From the NCBI GenBank assembly GCA_964019335.1, contig OZ025743.1:186001-250000 (forward strand): a DNA stretch of 64,000 bases, read 5' to 3'. The notes under the pieces were generated by a model. The model searched no databases, was not told the DNA's origin, and saw nothing but the letters and a program-made list of their open reading frames with translations. The position numbers were made by a program, and so were the translations under genes. Of the stretch, positions 60,201 to 64,000 are shown in pieces; the stretch's first letter is position 1; each line of letters begins with the position of its first letter. The stretch comes from Diplonema japonicum. Lineage: Eukaryota; Protista; Euglenozoa: Diplonemea.

Positions 60201-63200
60201 TCTCTCCGTCGGAGAAGCGCAGTGCAAGAGCGTCGGGCTGCTCCGCACACTTCGCCCAGATCCACTCGTCGATCGTCTCGTACTTTGTTGTCGGCACTAC
60301 CGTCGTTTGGTTCCACTCCTTCACGGCACGGTGTTCTTCCTCTTTGCTGAGGAAACTTAGAGTCGACAGGGGCTGCCTGGGGGAAACCGTGACATGTTTG
60401 ATCATAGCAAGCAGGTGCGCCATAAGCTGCGACACAAAGTCGTTGCTGAAAAGGGCGGTGTTGTAGTCAATGGTGAACTCGACGCCCCCCGCGTCCAGCT
60501 CAAGTGCAGCGAGTGACAGGTCAAACTTGGAGATCTTGTTCTCGATGTCTGTGCTGGAGAACTGCAGCCCGGGCAGCGTGATGGCCTCCATGGGGTTGTT
60601 CTGCATCGCGAAGGTGGTTTGGAAAACTGGGTTCCTGCTGAGGTCGCGCTCGGGCTGCAGCACCTCAACTACCTTGTCGAAGGGCACTTCTTGGTTCTGA
60701 TGCGCCAACACAGACTTCTCCTTGACGCTCTTCACTATGTCAGCAAAGGTGCACCCCACGGGGAACCCAGTCCTGTACACAAGGGTGTTCACAAACAGGC
60801 CAACAATGGGCTCGATCTCCGTTCTATTCCTCGACGCGATAGGAGTCCCCACCACGATATCGTCCTGGCCGCAATAGACATGGAGGAGGGTGCTGTACGC
60901 AGCCATCAGCGCCATAAACGGCGTGCATTTCGCCTCGGAAACGAATTTTTTGAGCTGCTCGTGATCTTCCTTCTCTAAGAGAACTGTGATGGAGCGGCCC
61001 TCGAAGGTTTGAACAGAAGGGCGGGGGTACGTTGTTGGGAGCTGAAGGACTGACGAACCTTGCAGCTCGGCGACCCAGTAGTTGAGCTGCTGGTCGATGT
61101 TGACGGCAGCTGTGTTACGCTGCCACCATGCGAAGTCCGCGTACTGGATAGGTAACGGGGGCAACGAGAGGGGTGCGCCTGTCATGACCGAACGGTAACA
61201 CTCACAGAGGTCAGACACAAGGACACCAAGAGACCACCCATCAGTGATGACGTGGTGGGTGTTGATCATCATCACGTGGCTGTCCGGTTCTGTTTTGATG
61301 ATGCAAGTTCTCCATAGAGGGCCTGTGTTTAGATTGAATTGCCACGCTGCCTCCTCAGCCATGATGTCAGCTGTCTTTCCAGCGTCGCCACTTGCATCAT
61401 GCGAAACCACCACCACGCTGCTCTCTAGCTCGCTAAACGCGAGACAAGGCTCTCCGCCGGCCTCGATGGTGATCCTCGCTGTGAAGATCTCGTGGCGTGA
61501 CGCGAGCATCACCAGAGCTTTCCTCAGCGTTGCCACATCAAATGCATCGCCCTTCACTGTCACTGCGATCGGCATGTTGTACGCACTGCTTGTTCCATCC
61601 AGCTGGTCGAGCACCCACATCCTCTCCTGCGCGTACGACACGGGCAGCACAATGCTACCGTCACGTGGCTGCACTTCGATCTGCACATCGTTGTGTGCAG
61701 TGCCGCAAGCAACACTTGCAGCGACATCTGCCATCACAGGCGACTCGAACAAGTCCTTCAACGCGTACTCGACCTTGAACTCCTTCCTAATCATCGATAC
61801 CAGTTTCACAGATGAAAGCGAGTGGCCACCCATATCGAAGAAGTCAGAGTCACGCGACACCCTCTCAACACCGAGCAGCGAGCACCAGAGTTCCGCAAGA
61901 CGTGTCTCGATGCTCCCCACAGGCTCGACGTACTCGCCGTTCTCATGTTCTGTTTGCGGCTTTGGCAGTGCCCTCCTGTCAGTCTTCCCTTGTGCAGTGA
62001 GGGGCCAAGCCTCGAGGTGGACGATGGCGGAAGGGACCATGTAGGCGGGGAGCTTGGAGTCGAGGAGTGTGTTGACAGAGGGAGCGGCGTCGGCGTCGGC
62101 CGTGTGCCCCCTCGCGATCACGTAGGCGACGATCCTCTTGTCCCCAGGGATGTCCTCCCTGACGAGACACAGAACGTCCGCTGTCTCTGGGTGCTGGCGA
62201 ATCACGTTTTCGATCTCCCCGAGCTCGATCCTGAACCCCCTGATCTTCACCTGGAAGTCCACCCGCCCGATGTACTCCACCGTCCCGTCCGCGAGCCACC
62301 GCCCCACGTCCCCGGTCTTGTACAGCCGCCCGCCCTTCCCGGCCGCTCCGAACGGGTCCGCCACGAACCTCTGCGCCGTCAGCCGCGGTTGGTTCTGGTA
62401 CCCCCGCGCCAGCTGGTACTTGCCCCCGACGTGCAGCTCCCCACACACCCCGAGGGGCACCGGTTCCATCGCCTCGTTCAACAGGTACATCGTGAAGTCC
62501 TTCAGCGGGGTTCCGATGTTGCTCTGGAAGGCCCGCGACATCACCTCCTCCGTGATCTCCTTGATCGTCACGTGAACAGTTGTCTCTGTGATCCCGTACA
62601 TGTTCACCAACCGGGGCTGCTTGTACCCGAACCTCTCGAACCACTCCTTCAGGTTAGCCAGTTCCAACTTCTCTCCCCCGAAGACCACGTACCTCACTTG
62701 TAGTTCTTTCTTCTTCTTCTTCTTCTCCTTCTTCCCCTCCTCCTCCTCCTGTCCTTCCCCGAGAGCGTAAGGAATGAGTTGGTAGAAAGCAGAGGGTGTC
62801 TGGTTCAACACCGTCACCCCCTCATCCACGAGGAGCTCGTAGAAGTCGGGTGGGGATCGAGACACCAAATACGGAACAACCACAAGCTTCCCCCCGTAGC
62901 AGAGGGCCCCGTACAGTTCCCAGACACTGAAGTCGAAGGCGGAGCTGTGAAACATCGTCCAGCAGTCCCGTTCTCCGAACCCGTAGAATTCCTCCGATGC
63001 CCGCAGCAGGTGCACCACGTTTCGGTGGCAGATGAAGATCCCCTTCGGCCTTCCTGTGGAACCGGAGGTGAAGATGATGTAGCACAGGTTCTTGCTTGTC
63101 GCCTCCCTCTTCTTTGGGGCAGCTTCCTCCATCACTCCGCTTCCGCTGTTCTCTCCCTCCCCGCCCTTCTCCATGTAGAAGAGCTCTCCCTTGAAGTCGA

Positions 63201-64000
63201 GCTCGGCGAGGGCGGCCTTGTGCTCCTCCCGCGTCACCACGTACATCATTTTGCAGTCCTCGATCATGTAGGCGAGGCGGTCCTGCGGGTAGGTCACGTC
63301 CAACGGGATGTACCCTCCCCCTGCCTTCAGGACTGCCATGATCCCCACCACCAGCTCAAGGGACCTCTCCACGTACACCCCTACCAGTACGTCGGGACCC
63401 ACCCCCGCTCTTTTCAGGTGGGCAGCCACACGAGACGCCGCAACGTCCAGCTCCTTGTACGTCAGGCGTTCTCCTCCGTACACCACAGCCGTCCGCTCCC
63501 CGTGCGCCGCAACGCACTTCTCGAACATCCCGTGAAGCGTCTCGTCGCACTCCACATCCTCCTGACGGTCGTTCCACTCCACCAGCATCTGGTGCTGCTC
63601 AACTTTGCTAAGCATAGAGACTGTCGCGTACGGTGCCATCGGTGAGTCAAGAAGGGAGCCGCACAGGTTGATGAAGTGATTCAACATGCGCGACGCCGTT
63701 TCCCTGTGGAACAGGTCGGTGTTGAACTCCAGAGTGAGCTCGTACCCCGTAAGGCGCTCCAAAGCGTTCAGCGTGATGTCGAACTTGCTGATCGTGTTCC
63801 TCGTGTCCACGAAGGACAGCAACAAGTCGTCGCCCAGTTGAGGGTCCATGGGAACGTCTTGCAGAACGAAGCACGCTTGGAACAGAGGGTTGCGGGAGAG
63901 GTCGCGGGCAGGTTGCACGATGTCGACGACCTGCTCAAAGGGAATGTCTCGGTGGGTGTATGCCTTGATGCAGGTGTCCTTTACAATTGTCAAAAGGTCC
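42271..64000 (-). CDS. Giant multimodular non-ribosomal peptide synthetase, (C)-A-T-[C-A-T]x6-tail; 5' end outside the window
   Basis: Seven A domains (TSGSTG.PKG, YG..E, Y.(T/S)GD, QVKIRG.R.ELGEIE). Seven T motifs FF..GG(H/S)SL near 61825, 58628, 55415, 52215, 49048, 45898 and 42775. Six complete C domains with HHxxxDG. Single uninterrupted frame. Confidence 0.97.
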   Translation of the reverse strand, partial: DLLTIVKDTCIKAYTHRDIPFEQVVDIVQPARDLSRNPLFQACFVLQDVPMDPQLGDDLLLSFVDTRNTISKFDITLNALERLTGYELTLEFNTDLFHRETASRMLNHFINLCGSLLDSPMAPYATVSMLSKVEQHQMLVEWNDRQEDVECDETLHGMFEKCVAAHGERTAVVYGGERLTYKELDVAASRVAAHLKRAGVGPDVLVGVYVERSLELVVGIMAVLKAGGGYIPLDVTYPQDRLAYMIEDCKMMYVVTREEHKAALAELDFKGELFYMEKGGEGENSGSGVMEEAAPKKREATSKNLCYIIFTSGSTGRPKGIFICHRNVVHLLRASEEFYGFGERDCWTMFHSSAFDFSVWELYGALCYGGKLVVVPYLVSRSPPDFYELLVDEGVTVLNQTPSAFYQLIPYALGEGQEEEEGKKEKKKKKKELQVRYVVFGGEKLELANLKEWFERFGYKQPRLVNMYGITETTVHVTIKEITEEVMSRAFQSNIGTPLKDFTMYLLNEAMEPVPLGVCGELHVGGKYQLARGYQNQPRLTAQRFVADPFGAAGKGGRLYKTGDVGRWLADGTVEYIGRVDFQVKIRGFRIELGEIENVIRQHPETADVLCLVREDIPGDKRIVAYVIARGHTADADAAPSVNTLLDSKLPAYMVPSAIVHLEAWPLTAQGKTDRRALPKPQTEHENGEYVEPVGSIETRLAELWCSLLGVERVSRDSDFFDMGGHSLSSVKLVSMIRKEFKVEYALKDLFESPVMADVAASVACGTAHNDVQIEVQPRDGSIVLPVSYAQERMWVLDQLDGTSSAYNMPIAVTVKGDAFDVATLRKALVMLASRHEIFTARITIEAGGEPCLAFSELESSVVVVSHDASGDAGKTADIMAEEAAWQFNLNTGPLWRTCIIKTEPDSHVMMINTHHVITDGWSLGVLVSDLCECYRSVMTGAPLSLPPLPIQYADFAWWQRNTAAVNIDQQLNYWVAELQGSSVLQLPTTYPRPSVQTFEGRSITVLLEKEDHEQLKKFVSEAKCTPFMALMAAYSTLLHVYCGQDDIVVGTPIASRNRTEIEPIVGLFVNTLVYRTGFPVGCTFADIVKSVKEKSVLAHQNQEVPFDKVVEVLQPERDLSRNPVFQTTFAMQNNPMEAITLPGLQFSSTDIENKISKFDLSLAALELDAGGVEFTIDYNTALFSNDFVSQLMAHLLAMIKHVTVSPRQPLSTLSFLSKEEEHRAVKEWNQTTVVPTTKYETIDEWIWAKCAEQPDALALRFSDGESLSYERLRKMAGRMSRSLASAGVRKGDLVAICVERSPLMIVGVLGIVGLGAAYLPLDPTYPKDRLDYMVEDSKVPLVVVSERCRECVETGEARKLVLESVFSGAEGVVVTPVEAAEVEGLRSGEDPAYVIYTSGSTGKPKGVALSHRGLVNLCVDNKENEVTREGMRMLQFSTYCFDASVWEVFTTLTSGATLCMGKKEELLGVELERLLRRERVNVLLFPPSLLAVLPAEGLGELETIVTGGEACSVGTVEKWGRNAEAGRRRRLVNAYGPSENTVIATTWELAAGATSTPIGVPRSNVTCYVVSSEMQLVPQGVAGELCVGGAQLATGYLFRDDLTKEKFIPNPFLSPSEDLDPSNRIYRTGDLVRQGETGTIEYLGRIDHQVKIRGFRIELGEIEALMQQFGGFDDALCLVREDVPGDKRIVAYLVNPSSDSVATGLTSYLSDRLPFYMVPSSFVSLDAFPMTVGNKVDRKRLPVPESYNSLEGEYVPPTSETERGLETLWKELLNTEKVSVKANFFDLGGHSLLAVRLTGRIKEQFGVEVPLKEFFEQPTVAGVAGVVDKIALEGRSEKVMVKQFRKEGEPTKMAMSFAQQRLWLLDRISKDDSGAYLAPMELCLEGEVKPELIETVLNELTKRHEPLRTMFRDDSEEGPVQVVHPWTFKPLDVVDVRGKPQTEKDSILREISVQQGQPFDMSAEFMFRVKLVVVSDKQATLFLTMHHIISDGESVPILFADIQSLYTHFYTKEGILEPAPQMQYADFAVWQRSLTEEMQEQEAYWAHRLADLPTLQIPTDRQRPPKQTFVGANASIDLAAGVVEKMKAISIRTGASTYITMLSALNVLMHCYSGQDDIVLGTPITNRTKAEASRMLGLFVNMQVMRTDVSDVPSFVELVRRVKGSCLDAYANQDLPFDRLVETLKPERDASRHPLFQVMFMMHQKEKREVAIPGVNLTLVVPEGNVAKWDLSFICQEHANGMTVFLEHNTDLFDASTADRMLGHFAMCLDQLAAAPETPISRVTILTPAERHQVLYEWNDTELELPSKPLYAQFEERVEEMPDQVCVVFEEEHLTYSEVNGRANELAHALIEAGVQRDTVVGVCVERSWRLPVALLAVHKAGGAYTPLDPSYPRERLVYQMEDVGLQFLVSDSRLAETVCEGHGAETVILLDAFFETKCEKKKKKSSGKRENPSREGRSLKDLFMVIYTSGSTGRPKGVEVMQQGPLNNCVSLNREYGLRPGDNMLQFYTYSFDPSILEFGMAFMTGATLWMAAKEELLGDNLVGFMERNEVDAGMFPPALLKTMESVGCPRLRVLVSAGEPCINLIVEKWATPTRKLINAYGPTECSCEVSWFVVPHDGGGADGYGKGAPAGRPNCNLQLYVVDKYLNPLPVGVAGEIVCGGRQVARGYRKRDDLTPKVFVPNRFTGREGDRMYRSGDLGRYLPDGNIDFLGRVDQQVKIRGYRVELGEIEARLSEHPQVHDSICLARETALGDKRLVAYILAGEHWETLSSQDLHTFLSASLPGYMVPHAFVILQDFPRGATGKYDRKKLPEPDLHAAKQQGYVEPTTKTEKVLAQLWGTILGVGSVSAMDDFFEIGGHSLAAVRLVSAVKSSLGAEIELQNIFESSVLMEFAKCVEDAKQLTLAPIEAVDKSVPVVCSYTQQRLWVLDRLEQGNTAYNIPAAMTLDGVLDKDKFVDAIKNLHERHESLRTVFTEVSGKPMQVVQDASTAPLKVAYHDWTHKESWDAEGELSQFVSSEINKPFNLTEGPLFRASIVKTGVYKHVVVLVMHHIVSDGWSLSILLKDLSLMYTSLINGTHTGLSELRVQYADFAVWQRTHLSGAVLEEKLAFWKATLDGLPTVQMPTKPRPLTQTFSGSLETMTLDAVHVTKLTEVGKKQGCTTFMTLLAAFKLLVRHWSGQTDIVVGTGIANRVRKETEPLIGFFVNMLVLRTDLEGADFNEICRRVRKTCLDAYAHPDVPFEKIVEAVHTDRDLSRNPLFQLAFAMTNVSASAADASLGSLAMAPFQTDGTIAKFDMSIGAVESADGSVAFTAEYNTDLFNAEDVRRLFAHYHNLMVCVSENPEAMVHDFLSNEEKHCAVKEWNQTTVVPTTKYETIDEWIWAKCAEQPDALALRFSDGESLSYERLRKMAGRMSRSLASAGVRKGDLVAICVERSPLMIVGVLGIVGLGAAYLPLDPTYPKDRLDYMVEDSKVPLVVVSERCRECVETGEARKLVLESVFSGAEGVVVTPVEAAEVEGLRSGEDPAYVIYTSGSTGKPKGVALSHRGLVNLCVDNKENEVTREGMRMLQFSTYCFDASVWEVFTTLTSGATLCMGKKEELLGVELERLLRRERVNVLLFPPSLLAVLPAEGLGELETIVTGGEACSVGTVEKWGRNAEAGRRRRLVNAYGPSENTVIATTWELAAGATSTPIGVPRSNVTCYVVSSEMQLVPQGVAGELCVGGAQLATGYLFRDDLTKEKFIPNPFLSPSEDLDPSNRIYRTGDLVRQGETGTIEYLGRIDHQVKIRGFRIELGEIEALMQQFGGFDDALCLVREDVPGDKRIVAYLVNPSSDSVATGLTSYLSDRLPFYMVPSSFVSLDAFPMTVGNKVDRKRLPVPESYNSLEGDYVEAADAVELAVQGIWMEVLGAQKVSVTANFFDLGGHSLLAVAVVGRVRDKIRVEVSLKEFFEAPTVRGMARVVSMSEGNTDMAPPLTVDRLDGQDTFPLSFSQQRLWVIDRLEGGGSAYNIHNVLQWEGILDQGKLKRAFFELVARHEVLRTVFVSDDEGTGRQMVLDTLPPLFVTAEVETEAELEEIVAKDSDYVFDLAKGPLLRVKVISFGVQNVLSVNIHHIVADGWSMKVLGRELAVLYTGEDLQLPVLPVQYADYSVWQRGWLQGDVLHRKLQYWRTHLEGAPPLVLPLDHKRPLLQTYNGSAVKAGIAPNVADGLKRLSSTHDATLFMVLLAAWNVVLCRYSNQDDVSVGTPVAGRGSAATENLIGFFINTLVIRQRTGGNPTFLSYLASLRNTVIGALNEQDVPFERVVEAVQPERDMSRNPLFQVMFVLQDAEAKGISEGGPTPIQRTTTTTKFELTLFAQEMASGGLQLVLEYNTDLFLRSTAEKFLNSYMSVLREVSDDPVKCIYSYEMSTHTDRHVAQVEWNDTHEEYSDGEGTTLHGMFEHRVDCEPDAPCVIVEGMTEPLTYREMDNKANQLANWLHTQGIGPETAVVIIFERSVEMLVAQLAVLKAGGCYVPVDPSNPSQRTEYIVNDCKPPVVLTQGAVAANLPSMGQYVTVLAVDAEWEEVASMPDERPVSYVTAQNLAYIIYTSGSTGLPKGVMLQHSGTVNRIKWLAARHPLKAGDVVMQKTPYVFDVSVAETFWPLKDGAELAYTKPGGHSDPQYIAEFVGRFKVTVLHFVPSMLDVFCSVVGEEWAPKLDSVRLSWASGEALTVKMSNDFHERFRNCLLYDLYGPTETSIEVLWFKCHKNMKGTVPIGWVVANTQAFILDQYLNPAPIGAFGELCIAGVQLGRGYLNKPKQTHTTFPTVNGTRLYRTGDLCRHLSNGAVEYVGRIDFQVKIRGLRIELGEIENAVRSSTTSVREACVVVKQDSKGEKRIVAYVVQNEGNVVDQSEVVSGVREKLPGYMVPNTVVVLERFPMLVSGKIDRKKLPEPTWGGLGTGDASDAPATPVEEKLHALFCRMLGVEAVGCGVSFFDIGGHSLLAIRLIAAVQKELGLQLSLKNLFEAPSVKQLAEILGSSNELEIPPITAQPQQTEYPLSHAQHRLYILTFMDPDSVAYNMPIAVKVKGLKQPDVLCGAFDLLVRRHAVLRTVIENGVQRVQPADEISFAVNRFDLRESLPVEPQVLALVQKEVGTPFNLATGPLLRVSLIQTSEEDYVLLICIHHIVCDGWSLSVLMNDIFTLYNCATDETACETLPPLAVQYHDYAVWQRNWLQDPRVKDTLLGYWRNALSGLPTMEITTDRSRPMVQTFNGAAEGLRIDSEISAAVHSIGKAAGCTSFMTLLAVFKVLLYKYSGQDDVVVGSPVAGRDQPETQDLIGFFVNTLVLRTGFDPKKDTFKSLLDKVRAVCLEAFAHQEMPFESIVEDLRPERDLSRNPLYQIVFLQNDSVSSEVQPRGGLEVAPLEMESHVAKFDIEFSTNDAADGLYLNLEYNTDLWDASTMQRMLQHYATLMESVAGNPDALIADLMMLTNSEAHHLAVELNRTAVSLPQVSSVNEHLLRVADEYADCLAVSFYDTHLTYASVHAEAQRLAATLYHTHGVCRGSVVGLSLHRGPYMITSILAALKLGAAYLPLDPTYPKDRLDYMLADSKATHLLTTSDLSNLIALPPSAHAVHVDTLEHSDKHDFPHVATQLADPAYVIYTSGSTGKPKGVVLTNRGLLSLVVDNKENEVTREGMRMLQFSTYCFDASVWEVFTTLTSGATLCMGKKEELLGVELERLLRRERVNVLLFPPSLLAVLPAEGLGELETIVTGGEACSVGTVEKWGRNAEAGRRRRLVNAYGPSENTVIATTWELAAGATSTPIGVPRSNVTCYVVSSEMQLVPQGVAGELCVGGAQLATGYLFRDDLTKEKFIPNPFLSPSEDLDPSNRIYRTGDLVRQGETGTIEYLGRIDHQVKIRGFRIELGEIEALIRSCENVKETICMAREDNPGDKRIVAYILGEANLEVVEECLAASLPGYMVPSAYVVMEGFPYTGGKVDRKRLPVPMYEEEQCVELEGETEAAVHTVWTAILGRESVSATGNFFDLGGHSLLAVKLVAELSDVFGKEIKLKDLFDNPTIRGLAEVVAQDRLHNVVPDITKLDRAARGRELPVSFAQQRLWVLDQMDSTGCCAYNIPCAMEVHGMIDPNVFKAAFRIMVERHEGMRAVFRTTEAGFPYQTIEEMNDTMQLEVVKVSGMDAAVEMAEKAAGMQFVLSEGPLFTAKLAVLDATRHVFILTMHHIISDGWSVGILLEELTTVYHSLVVDQPHMLPDLPLQYVDYAAWQRETLPAVLNAQLQYWKDTLCDAPVVELPLDHPRPTMQTFNGATETITIDGVVLDRIREYGKTHRVTMFTMLMSVFAVLVGKYTGQDDIVVGVPIANRGKTATQKMVGFFVNSVAVRLDMSGSATDFTAIVNKVSTAMHDAQANQDVPLESVLDALQLERDPSKNPLFQLMFDVASDVCSEMHKGGVTLKPLDIAPEGSKFDLNVTATDSGSCVKFGFEYNTDLFERETIVQMAAGYRRLSDVLFASPAEPVQNVPMASPEESHRAIVEWNDTGKDWPCSTKRLHHLVFETASQYPDSTAIVNGEETFTYAGLYDVVMQLASGIRSLNLPEKSKIGVLTNRTHHGITAMLAVWTAGMVYIPLSPALPADRLRYIMDDCDMEILLTENNIAAPDGMPSTNLTDVREMGRNKPQPCPAEGSGDDLAYILYTSGSTGKPKGVQIHHAGITNMIFAEKDVYQFDHTERVMEFASLTFDSSFSEIFMALVVGGALYMGDTSQQPLGDDLVQYLNDNKINTVTLSPSVLSVLPTEMTLRDVTTMILMGEALPVEVMLEWFTPWRRFYNSYGPTEVSVTTNIHLCNGRESHQVPIGFSLGNYRTYILDRSLNPVPPGVIGEIYFSGVGVAKGYVNLPGQTAERFIPDPFHTGKKMYKSGDLGRYTRSGNVLFLGRIDHQVKIRGLRIELGEIESVLREIPSVKDTLVMVSDKRLVGYVVPPVSEAVLLTTLRSKLPAYMIPLAWVFLDSFPLTVSGKLDRKKLPSPDFEARGDCVQLTTETERIIEKIWKDKMQIGAGGVSVGKTTDFFEIGGSSLSAVAVVSGLKKSFGFKTGVLTLQNLFEYSTVEALANLIDSKQREQQATTTTTTASTQSIELAILTDSIPTPTVAHIIPTDNSSLVLENRPTATHISGPVDARVVHIHALQEDIGKARVYANALTCGGAVLVLGEKGVERERGKEDFTDLVSYMPYPLAAPCVPVF
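46250..46992. repeat. Third, partial (~740 bp) copy of the repeated A-domain core
   Basis: Offset 6339 from 52589-53331; one mismatch seen at 46981. Confidence 0.9.
52328..53918. repeat. ~1.59 kb direct repeat (whole A domain), apparently identical to 58739-60329
   Basis: Constant offset of 6411; identical ORF translations in several frames. Confidence 0.92.

Overview
Eukaryotic, gene-dense 64 kb window with long A/T/G/C homopolymer tracts in its non-coding DNA. All ~21 host protein genes lie on the minus strand, resembling a polycistronic unit. Several are split by very short (33-85 nt) GT-AG introns, most filled with poly(A). This organisation, plus an amastin/claudin-like gene, suggests a euglenozoan such as a diplonemid (inference only). 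The last third is an intron-less, bacterial-type multimodular NRPS (>7240 aa, 5' end outside the window). It has at least 7 C-A-T modules, the same A-domain core in every second module, and no recognisable release domain. Other notable items: an R-S-E ADP-ribosyltransferase fused to an ankyrin array, a BCD1/ZNHIT6 homologue with inserted cold-shock and CCCH domains, a decayed pogo-like transposon, LINE remnants, a possible hAT-like MITE, and two families of ~40 nt hairpin repeats lying downstream of stop codons. All coordinates, splice models and A-domain codes were read by eye; no searches were run.
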